NCBI GenBank assembly: GCA_051294375.1
Contig: CM119268.1
Coordinates: 10,299,607-10,363,606 of the forward strand
From: Paraspadella gotoi
Taxonomy: Eukaryota > Animalia > Chaetognatha
Length of the DNA: 64,000 nucleotides
Direction: 5' to 3'
Shown here: positions 50,301-61,677 of the stretch, piece by piece
Numbering within the stretch: the first letter of the stretch is position 1
Layout: every line of letters begins with the position of its first letter
Made by a program: the position numbers and the translations under genes
Notes under the pieces: generated by a model
What the model saw: only the letters and a program-made list of their open reading frames with translations
Told to the model about the DNA's origin: nothing
The model's database searches: none

Positions 50301-51757
50301 ACGTTTATTGCGTTAGCAATTTTGTACCTGGGATCATCGTTTATATTGATTAAAATATATTTTGGATTAAAAGATTTTCAGTTGTTCACTATAACATTTT
50401 AAAAACCTAAAGCTTCCAATTTGTGGTATTTTCTTTGTTTCCAGGTCACTCTCCCCTTGATCCTTCCCCCCTCCCCCCCTTTCGCGAACCCCCGTTATCT
50501 TATTTCATTTTTTTTGTTGCGGATAAAAAAAACTAGTGTAACTGGAAATACAAATATCAAAAAACAACTATAAAAATCGACACAAATATGACACCTTCGT
50601 CGCTCATTGCTCGACGGAAATGCAGAAATGAGCGACACGCCCCGACTTCGTCGTTCGCACCGTTGAAACTTCGCCCACCCTTCGTGACGACGCTGTACCC
50701 CTGATCTCTTCCCATGACAACCCCCTCACTCTTCGAGGTCATCGCCGATTTGCGGGTCTTTCTTTTTGCGATCCTCACTTCCCTCATCCACCCTCAAACC
50801 CCGCGATTGCTTTGAATTCGAACTCCGGTTGAAAGGCGATTTTAAACAATCGCTCTGCCAGAATCTCGTCTATAATTGAGGTTACATTAAATTAGCTATT
50901 AGTTCCTTTAAAAAAATAAATTGATTAAAAAAGAACCCGCCACTCTTCGAACGAAAACCATCCCATCCGGCCCATTTGTTCGCGTAGATCAGAACACATT
51001 CGCATTAAAACTTAAAAAGATAAAAAGATAAAAATATAAATTTGGTCGCTATATACAGTAATATAGTAATATAGTTTTAAAAAAAATTCCTGCGCACTTG
51101 CTCTTACTGGGGAATAAATGAGATTCGAAATAGTCGTTGCCCGTCGAATCCACGGTCTTCGTCCTCGCCGAACCTCCTGTTGATTTCCTCGACCGTGAAC
51201 GAAAATTAATCCGATTATCGAGCGACGGAAAAGGTTTTTTTTTTCTCTAGTCGGAGAGCTAATGCTGCCGCCGATTAACGACCAAAAATCCCGTATTTAA
51301 TTTGATTGAATTTTTGATGGAAACTTAAAAAGAAGCGCAATCGGCGGCGGATGGTTGTCGAATCTCGCCCTTCGAGCGTAGAATCGTGAACTCCCTTGGA
51401 TATTCGTCCTCTTTGCTTTTCCCCCCGGTCGTCGACGACGTCGTTTACGTCGAAGCTCCCGCCGATGTGGGCCGACGAACGCGTTGACGAAGACGACGAT
51501 CAGGACGACGAGGATTCGATGACGGCGGCGAGCGTTGTCCGCGACGGAGGATTGTCCGGTCCTTCCTAGTCGCGACGTGATCGAGTAAGAAAAAAAATCA
51601 ACCAAAAGAGTCGCCGCCGTCACTGCCGTCAAACCCGCCCACCAGAAGACGAACCGATTACGTAAATTTTCTTTCGAGCGTGAACAGAAAAAAAAAAAAA
51701 AAAAATTGCCGTGGATTTTAAAAAATCCAAAAGTATAAAATCTTGATATTTCATAAA

Positions 51758-54700
51758 ATGCAAAATCAAAACATGGCCACTCAAAACCAGACGACCTATG
51801 TAAAGGGAACTGCGAACTCGAACGAATCCTTCCTCCCTAAAGTCAATGGATCAGCGTTCGGTTCTGGTTCGGCGAAGTCCAACGTTATTCCGTCTCCCAC
51901 CGTCTTAGCTCCGTCCACGACGTCTGCGCACTCTCGACTCATCACTTCCGTGACCGCCACCATCATCACCTCGACATCCGCCGCCGATCGCGGGACATGG
52001 AAGAGCGGGGACACCGAGGACATTCTGCCCTGGATACTCTGCTTCGGTTGCGGGCTCATAGTCATTTGGTTTGGCTGGCTCCTGCGCCAATACATCAATC
52101 GAAAATGCTGCGGCGGTGAAAGTCATGAGCGGCGTAACGGCGGCGGTGGACCGGTTCACTGGCAATGGATATCCACTGGCAATCCGAATTCGTCCTCGCT
52201 GTTGCCACGTGGAAAAACGGCTGCCGCCGGAGGAACCAATGACACCACATCCGGCGCCAAGGTAGATGTGAGCGACGTCGAGTCCGGCGCTTTTAAGATC
52301 CTCATCGGCGGGGACATGACGCCAGGGTCCGGGATGACGCCTATCCCCTCGCAGGCTGTCATCGCTAGCGGCGGCAACGCCAACGAACCCAGTCAGCATA
52401 AACTATCTGCCAGTGACTTTAACCACCTTCTTGGCCGGGTATGCTCCATCTCGGATCCCTGCGTTAAGCGCCAAACCTTCGAACTTACCTTCGAGATAAT
52501 TCAGCTGGGCTCTTGGACTGACCAAGTGTGGGAAAAGTTCGCCCACAAACTTTTTGCCGACCATCCACAAGGATCCGACGCCGCCTTAAAATCATTGGTA
52601 ACTTGAATTCCGAAAGAGTAGCTTAATCATTCATAAAAGAGCGACTTCAAGTTTTTGTTGTTTTTTTATCCTCGCAATCGCTTGCGCTTGCGACGATTTT
52701 GTGACGATTGTCCCCATAGATGTTGTCGGCGTTCAAATTATAGATCGCTTTTCTAACATTATTTGTATAATGTATATGTATGAAGCTGAAAATTTAGATA
52801 TATATTCTCAAGGTCATTGAAAACTGATGAGGTGATACGCCCAATGTTGTTTGTTTATATTTAATAAACAAAACATTTTTTGCTTGTGAAAAATTGCAAG
52901 ATTACAAAACAAGATTAGAAAACAAGTGTTTTACTATATTAGACTTAGAGTTAATTTAATTTAATTTGAACAACGTTTTTATATATTAATTCATATTTAT
53001 ATTTTTATTTATTTATTTATATGTATTAAGCCAAGTTTTCCTGTATCAAATATGATTTTTATCTCGCCAGACGGGTCTAGGCCCGTCTTGGGTGAGATAA
53101 TGGTTTACTATTGCTTTACAGTAACGTCGTCGTTATGCAATCGCTTTGCGTTTGCCACGATCTCGTAACGCTTTTGCGCATAGTGGCGTTGTCATCGGCG
53201 TTTCAACTTATCGATTGCCTTTTTTATGATTAAATTTGGGTGTATGAAGCTGAAAATTTATATACAGCTTCTCATCTTCGAGGTCTTGAAATTAGGTTAG
53301 GATAGTTATTAAATATGTTTTGTTTACGTTTTATCAAAACGAACAAATTTTTTTTGTCTCCTGTCTGCAGCTGGCTCTGCAGGGGCTTTCTTTTTTTTTT
53401 CTCTTTTCCCCTGCTGCTTCTGCTGCTGCCTTTTGATTTCTTTCTTTTTTCTGGCTGCCTCTGCTGCTGCCGCTGCTGATTCGTCCCTCTCTATCTCTCT
53501 CTCTCTCTTTTCCTCTCTATCTCTCTCTCTCTCTTTTCCTCTCTATCTCTCTCTCTCTCTTTCCCTCTCTCTCTTTCTCTTTCCCTCTTTCTCTTTCCCT
53601 CTCTCTCTTTCTCTCTCTCTCTTTCTCTCTCTCTTTCTTTATCTCTCTCTTTATTTCTCAGGGGCTTCGTCTGCTGATCAGTTTATTTGACAATGAAAAA
53701 GGTTTTATTTCCTTTTTTCCTTTTTTTTTCTTTTTTTTTTTTCAAAAACTGTAACTTTAATTTTCCTCGGTACTTTTTTTTTTTAAATTGACAATCGCAA
53801 AATATAATTTTTCTTTCTATTTATAAATTATTTTTTTTTTCTCAAATTTTTTTTAAATCTGGCTGCCTCTGCTGCTGCTGCTGTCGCTGCCGCTGCTGAT
53901 TCGTCCGAAAACGATTTGGCTTCTCTCTCTCTCTCTCATTTTGTAAATAGATGTAGCTTTTAGGGGCACAATGTAGCCCACAGCCCGTTTCCTTAATACA
54001 ATTCAATTCAATTCTCTCTTTCTCTCTCTCTCTCTTTCTTTCTCTCTTTTTTAATTGATTTATATATAAAACATAGTTTTCCTTTATCAAATTTGATTTT
54101 TTGATTTTTTATGCGATTCCGACGATCCTTATGCTATGTCTGGTCAATATTTACAGGACAAAGGGACAATCATGAGGACATGTTCAGGACATGATAAAAC
54201 AAAGCATTAGTTGCTTGAAAGATTTCGCGTTCGAGGGTGCTACAATACCATGATGGAAAAAAAAATTGTCGCGGTTTGGAAAAGTCGGTTAATTTCATTG
54301 TCAAATATATTTTTTGGCTATTAAATAGGTTTTAATATGTAATATAACTTCTAGGACTGAATAAAAATATTATTTCTTAACAGCATAAAATTATTTATTG
54401 CATACAATTACTTCCAAAAGAGGTTTTTAACCGTTTTCACCTTTTTGTGATCAAAAGGACTACTCATATTATTATTAATATTATATCTCTGATATGCATT
54501 AACTTATTTTTAATATCGCATTTTTTTTTATATATGAATTAAGATTTATCCCTGAATCTATCTTAATAAATATGATGCAATAACCATTTGATATGAGATT
54601 GAGAAAAGGTAGGGATTTTTAATAGTAACTGTTTAACTCAAAAAGTAATAAAAAATAACCGGAAATTAATATAAATGAAAAATGTAGATATAAAAAAGAT

Positions 54701-55461
54701 AAAAAGAAAGAAGCATTTTTTTAATAACTTTATTTTTTTGCATGGAACTCTTGTTTTTTGTCGTACATAAATAATATACAGCTCATATAAATCACAAGAG
54801 GCTAAATTTTTTTAATATCTAATTTTTATTTTTTGATTCTTACATTAAAATGCGAAAAATAGCTGGAAAGTAACCGCGACAATTTTTTTTTCCATCATGG
54901 TATATAAATAAAATATACGCAAAACATTTCCTTTTACAGAACAGCGCGTGTAACAAGCGCGCCGTCCTCGACGGTTGGCTCTCCTGGCAGACGACCGAAC
55001 GGGCGGACATGCGACAGATCTACGAGGCTTTGGAAGCAGTAGACAAGGTCGATCTCGCCCACAACGCAGCTATCAGCGTCTCTCTCGAGCTTCGCCAAGC
55101 CTCCGGCCGAATCACTTCCGAGTGCGTCGACGTTCTGAGCGAATGCTGTTCCGAGGAAAACCCCAACGAGGAAGATCTAGAAGTTGTCGACGAAGAGTTC
55201 GACGAAGACGGCGAAGAAGACGACGACAAGACGCCGACTAACAGTGTACGCGACTCGACAAGCCTTGGCGTCGGAAGGGAGGATGAAGACGAAGCAGGAC
55301 ATCACCACCCTTTGCTGGACGCCATACGCGACAGCCCTTCAGGCTCTGAACGGCTGCAGAAAAATCTGCAGCAACAGCAGCTTCGTCGCAGTTCGCTTGG
55401 CAATGGATCTGACGGAGATGGCGACGTAGTTCACAGCACCGAGAGGCTCATTCACGTTTGA
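51758..55461 (+). CDS. Single-pass membrane protein with a Ser/Thr-rich N-terminus and a putative cytoplasmic death domain; exons 51758-52597, 54940-55461
   Basis: TM segment ILPWILCFGCGLIVIWFGWLL followed by a basic/CC juxtamembrane region. A phase-0 GT-AG join gives ...VWEKFAHKLF...KSL|NSACNKRAVLDGWLSWQ...MRQIYEALEAVDKVDLA, a death-domain-like pattern. Acidic tail. Confidence 0.7.
52661..54140 (+). mobile_element. Composite HINE-like element (family B with an internal family A 5' end and a second B fragment)
   Basis: T-run + ATCCTCGCAATCG (52668), ATCTCGCCAGAC (53061), B-type body again at ~53135-53350, CTG/CT-rich core shared with 32030-32250, and a 3' atgcgattccgacgat end (54111-54126). 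Confidence 0.75.
54248..54900. mobile_element. MITE with perfect TIRs flanked by TA (Tc1/mariner-type signature)
   Basis: ATACCATGATGG(A)9TTGTCGCGGTT (54245-54276) is the exact reverse complement of 54872-54903. AT-rich non-coding interior. Confidence 0.85.
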
Positions 55462-55477
55462 TCATTTTCTTTTCTTT

Positions 55478-55548
55478 TCTCTTCTCTTCTCTTCTCTTCT
55501 CTTCTCTTCTCTTCTCTTCTCTTCTCTTCTCTTCTCTTCTCTTCTCTC
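55478..55548. repeat. (CTCTT)n pentanucleotide repeat in the 3' UTR
   Basis: Read directly from the sequence. Confidence 0.9.
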
Positions 55549-58030
55549 TTCTTTTCTTTTTTCTTTTCTTTTCTTCTCTTGAACTCTTTTCCTTTCTCCT
55601 TTATATCATTTTTTCATTAGTGGGCTCCTGCTATTATAATTATTAAATATTTAGTTCAAGATCCAAAAATCTAGTTTTCATTTTTCGTGAGTTTTTTTTT
55701 TTATTTGGGATTTCTAGTCTATATATTATTCTGTGAAGGTTTCGTTTTGAAAAGGACCGAATTTTTCGAAAAGCTATGAGATGTTTTGTATTATAAGTCC
55801 TTGCCCCCAAGGTTATACTACGTATTATAATCTGAGTCAATAAGGTTGTGAATGTTTTTTCACGTGACAAAAAAATCAGAAATTAAATCCTTACTTAGTC
55901 TGAGCTAGAATTGAATTTCACTAATTTCCTGTTTTAATGATAGTTTTTTTTCGGTCTTCCATTAGCAAAGTTGACTTCTAGAATCTACAGTTTATTTTGA
56001 GTTCATCGAGCATCTAAATTCCATAACTTATCCAAGATTTTAAATAGCTTCGGTTATTAGGCTTTAGAGGCGAAGTTTTTTAAATTAACTTTGTGAAATA
56101 CGGTGTTTTTAGTTATAACTTTTTCTTATACGGAGATAACGAAAATTAAAAACGGACCAAACAAATATAGTTAATACAAATATTGCTGATTGCGAATATT
56201 TTCAGTAATCATGGACTTTAGTAGCGCAATTAATGTAAGGGATGAAAAAATGCAATTAACTCCCTCTTTTTGACTTGATTTTAATAGTTTTTAACGATGA
56301 TGCTTTTCGACTGGCTATAACCTAAAATATTAATGGAGAATCGATCTAATTCTATTTCATAGAAGAGTATAATTTTAAAATGATAAAAGTAAAGTCAACA
56401 ATTTTTTTACTAAAATTGTTAATTGGCTGATGTTTAACTTTGTTTTTATGAAGCAAAAAACAAAATCATGTATAGCCTCCATTTTGTGTCGTCTACCAAG
56501 ATTTTATTTAGCTCTACGATTATTTCGGTTTTTCGAAGTGTTAGCTATTTTTTATGATTTATAACTCAAAGATTTGTGAGGATTTTTGTTATTTTTGCCT
56601 TTTGCACTGTTTGATTAACGATTTCACCTTATTGAGTTCGGTATTGTTTCGTTGAATAATTTTGTTTGTCTTATAGAATAGACGTACTCGAAAATGATCT
56701 GAATATGCGTTTTGGTTTATATAATTATATACGTATTTAGTTTAACCTCCAGTAATTGCATCGATTTTCACACAAAAAAAATCTATGAAACGTGAAAACA
56801 CGATGTGGGGAGCTACACTAGATGGAATCAGTAGTGGCTGAAATTTTGTGAGTTTCGAATACTTCACCACATGACAAGCGGGAGTTTACCAGTGCACTGT
56901 ACATGACTTCAACGTATACTACTCTTCTGTCTTCACCTCTCAATGGTCTGTTAGTAACACATTACCCGTTTGAAATGTATTATATTTTTGAAAAGTGGCT
57001 TTGAAAATTCTAGTGTGAATGTGCGCGCGTCTGTGAAAACAAAAATTCTAAATACGCTTTTATTAATAAGTTAAATCGTTCAGATATTTGGATAATAAAA
57101 ACAGCATCGGATGTACTTAGCCGTAATTAACTAAAACCCTTTGATAATTGCGCCTCGTTTGCGTATTTTTTTACTTTGCCATTTAAAGATGGTATTTGCT
57201 GCGGCGGCGCTGGAGCCTTTTCCTATGTTTTTTTCCAAAAAGTTAAAAAACGCTTCTACAAATTAAGCCCACAGCGCCCTGCGCACTCGGCGTATTTTTA
57301 TTATTTACGGAAAAACGCATATATTTATAAATATATATATTTACCTAACTGGTATTCGATTACAAACTTAAGGTTTGCTCTTTTGCGGTTATCGCTCCTA
57401 TCCGCTCCTCTCCTTAGTATTTTGCGATATCACAATTATTGATCGTGTTAGTTAAATAAGTGAATAAATTAACAAAACAAAGAGTGCTTCTTATCTTTTT
57501 GTAATACTTATTATCAATCGTTATCAAGTCCCCTCCGCTTTCCCTCGCCTACTAATGAGCAGTCCTTTTGGCGGCGGCTTATCGGTTGTGGGCTTATGCT
57601 GAGGATTATTATTATGTTGTTTATTATTCAATGATTCTTAAAATTACCTTTCTGAAACTCGTTTCTTTCTCTCTCCCCCTCTTCTGCCAATTCATTTTCT
57701 TATTTTCTATTTTTTCCTTCCCCCCCCCCCGAACAAAACGTTTTTTTCACTCATGCCTGCCTTTCAGAAAACCAACATCTGTATTGAATGATTGAAAAAT
57801 TCATCACAAATGAGGCGCCACAAATAGCGTGGTGATTGGTGCGCAAACGTCTCTCTTCCGAAGGCTGTTATCTTCTTTTCCAACGTCCGGTTAAACCGGC
57901 CGTCATGTGGAGAAAGCGTAGTCGTTAGTATTCACAGGCCTCGTCCCGCGGCGTCGAACCGCGAGGAACTCGATTTAAATCCGGCACTTATCGCTCCTAG
58001 CATCTGCACTTACCTTCTTTTTCTCCGGTG

Positions 58031-61000
58031 ATGGTGGTGGAGGGACCCCCGGTTGTCCAACGCTCCTCCTCCCTGCCTCCCGCCAAACCGTCGACCCTTC
58101 CGCTTCCCGCCGAATCCAACGCCGTCCCCGCCGATCCCGCAGAGTTGAAACGTCCGGCGTTGTCGACTAGCTCGTCAACCTTCTCTCCCAAGTCCCCGCA
58201 ACACTCGCCGCCGACGATGGCGACCGACGACGACGCTCATCTTCTTGGCGGAAAGGCCAAAGATCGGTCGGCCGATGGCGAAGATGTCTCCATGGTTACG
58301 ATCATGCAAAACTCGCACATGCTCAAGGGAGAGCGTGGGCTGCACGAGGCCGCAAGAAGGGGAGACATCGCTATAATTGAGGAGCTATTAGATCAAGGGT
58401 AAGGACTTAGAGGGAAATAACATTCTCCCTCTTAACCATAACCACCCCTAACCCTAAACCCTCCCTAACCCCGGTCGGCGAAAGTAAAATTATTAGTCTT
58501 TACGACTTAATTTACTATTGCTGATTGGAACCTTTTCCTTACTTGATTTTTTCCCCCAGGTTTTGTGGGATATCCGTTTAAAAAAACCCACTTGTTAGGT
58601 TCCAAAAAATTTACCAAAACTCTGACTTACAGTTACAAAGTGGATTCCCGCAACAACCTGGACCGTACGTCGCTTCACTGCGCGGCGGCCGAAGGTCATC
58701 TCGAAGCCGTGCAACTATTGCTGGATCGAGGAGCCTCGGTGGAGACTCGCGACAAGTACGGGATGCGGCCCCTCCTGTGGGCTGCGTGGTTTGGACACTG
58801 CGATGTCTTCACCCACCTTCTCGTCGAAGTCGGGGCCGACGTCAGATCTGCCAATAAGCAAGGTGCCTTAGACGATTTGGAAGATTTTAGTGAGGAAGAA
58901 GGGACGATTCGATTCTCTACCGTGGTCCCTTGGATTTCTTTTTTAGGCATGACCTGCCTGCACTGCGCCGCACAGAGAAACAAGTCCGAAATCGTGAAAA
59001 TCTTGTTTCAGGTACTTCTTCCAATTCTAATGTCACTAGTAACGGTTGAAATTCGATGATCGCTTTTCATTTAGACGGTGATGAGTCCCGACCGGTTGGA
59101 TATCAATCGTCCAGAGAAAAATCTTCGAACTCCGCTACACTTAGCAGCCATGACCGGGTCGACGGAAGTGCTAAAGGTCTTGCTCGACATCACAGAGGAG
59201 GCGCCTCGAAAGTTCGTGGCAAAGAAAGACGAAAGAATCAAAGCCAGTCGGATATTGCGGGTCATTGGAGAAGAGGTAAACATTTGTACATCGCGGTCTA
59301 ATTGAGAATTAGCTGTATAAAAAAAAAAACCCTACGTCGAAAAATAATACCTTTTGTATAGGTGTACGACAAAAATGGATATCATCCTCTTCATCTGGCT
59401 GTGGCGGAAAACAAAGAAGAATTTACCTTTGAACTTTTGGATCAGGTTATAAACTGTCCAAATTTTATGCTTCTTTCAATGTTGCGGTTTTAATATTTCG
59501 TTTACAAATTTTCGGCCGTGTTTTGCTAGCCGATGAACGTTGATCAGGTAAGGCCAAAAGAGTTAGTTTTTTTCGAATTGGAAAAAAAAGTATAGCGAAG
59601 TGAATCTGGTGAGACGCGAATAGTGATTACCGAATTTATACTATCATTAGACGTAGATTATTAAAGATGCGGAGAAACAAGTGAACTTAATGATATATAC
59701 ACATCACTTGGTATTTTGTAAACTGACTGAACCTAGTTAATATTAAACATATTAGTACAAATTGTACAAATTGTACTACAATAAATTCTGCTCATTTTTA
59801 CTACAATAGCTCATTTCCAAAACTGAAATCATAATTGACTCATTCATCCTCAATCCTCATCAATTTAACCTAGAATGTGACGGTGGAGATTTCGGTCAAC
59901 CTGCCCGCGGGAGTCCAACGAGAGGCTAAGACCCCAATTCACATCGCTGCGGAGAAAGGCCACCACTCACTCACGGAGAAACTGCTGGCTTACGAAGGTT
60001 CGCTGATCGACGGTTGCACAGTCAAGGACCAAACGCCGTTGCACCTCGCCGTCCTCAGCGGCAAGATTGACATTGTCGAGTTGCTATTAGACTACGGAGC
60101 AGACGTCAACGCTCAGGTTGTTGACAATACCTGTGCTGTTCTTATTTATTTCTTAGGCTATTAATATCTGTGGACAGCAAATTTACACCACTCGATTTTA
60201 TTGTTATGGTTCCAGGACTATCACAAGTCGACTCCCCTCCATTTGGCGGCGGAGGCGAACCAACCGATGATAATCGACTTGCTTGTTGCCCGTGGAGCTG
60301 ACGTCAATGCCTTCAACATTCGCCGACAACTCCCATTGCACATCGCTGTAGAGGCTGGTCTCAATCTCGTCGTGGAAGTCCTCATCGTAGCAGGCGAGAT
60401 TTTCTCCACGAGTCTTCGTGTCGGGCCTCAAGTTTTTTATTGGTTTTTTCTCGCTCTTCACTTCAGGAACGAACTTGGAAGAGAAGGACAAAGCCGGAAA
60501 GTCCGCCTTGTATTTGGCCGCTCGAGGAGGATTCGTTACCCTGGTTGACATGATCATCAAAGCTGAGAGACAGGTTGGTTTTTTATTTCACTGTCGAATG
60601 AATGGAGTCCGTCGTTTACCCCGATATTGTTTCGTATTTCCCCAGTATATGCTGAACCAAACGAAACTGTGCGTGGAGACCCAAACGGGATACGTGGAAG
60701 ACAGCGACGACGAAGAAGAACACGACGACAACGCGAACGGCGACGACATCGAGAGCGAAAACGATGATCGACGGCCGGTCTCTCGCGACGACGACGTCGG
60801 CGCCGACGACGACCAAAAGCCGGAATATGGCGAGGACGAGGTTGTCCCGAGGAGTCTGGACGAGGGATTCGCGTCGGTGATGAACGGTCGGGAAGATATT
60901 CAAGCGGACGCCGACAGCATCGAGAATCGCCTCCTCATTCCCGACGACGATCTGGTAAAAAGAAGAAAAAAGTTTCAGCTTATGCTTTATAATAACTCGA

Positions 61001-61677
61001 CTTTTCATTTCCTCCCCTTTTCTCCCAGCCACACCAACCCTCGCCAGGTCCCTCGCCCCGCATCACCGTTCTTGTTGGTGAGGACAAGCCCATCCCCGCT
61101 CGGTCACCCTCCGCCGCGAAAACTGCCGCCGCCGCCTCGTTAGCCACCGCGCTTTCTTCCTTGTCACCGGAGGTGACCCAATCTCCGGAACCGTTCGTTT
61201 CAAACCCCGCCGCCGAATTTGCTACCTGCATTCATACCAATGAGAGAATCCCCTTTAGGAAAGGGGACAGCGTTCATCTGCCTTACATGAGAGATATTCT
61301 TTGGAGGCTCGGGGCCAGACAACTCGGGTACCTTTTCTTTATGCTCCTTGCGAATTCCTCCGGATGTCCCAAATCTCAACTTTATCCTCCCTAGGCCACA
61401 AGACTGGAAGAGAATGGCTGTGATTTGGAACTTTTCCGAATCACAGATACGTGCCATCGAACATCAGTACACGGGTCAGACCAGTTACCGGGAGCACGGA
61501 TATAGGATGTTGCTCATCTGGCTCGACGGACTCCCAAGAGAGGACAACCCCATCCGCGATCTTTACGAGTGTCTGGTGGCGGTGAATCGGCGAGACTTGG
61601 CCGAGAAAATCCGGAAGCGAGTTAACGAGTCCCACCCCGAATTAACCGGCGCAAGTGGCAAGTGCCTCCTCATGTGA
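58031..61677 (+). CDS. ANKDD1: Ankyrin repeat and death domain-containing protein (ANKDD1-like), ~12 exons, C-terminal CaaX
   Basis: Multiple ankyrin repeats (RTSLHCAAAEGHLEAV, GMRPLLWAAWFGH, TPLHLAV..G, STPLHLAAE), MIIKAER, death domain DWKRMAVIWNFSESQIRAIEHQYTG..SYREHGYRMLLIWL, ends GKCLLM*. The start codon is uncertain. Confidence 0.88.
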
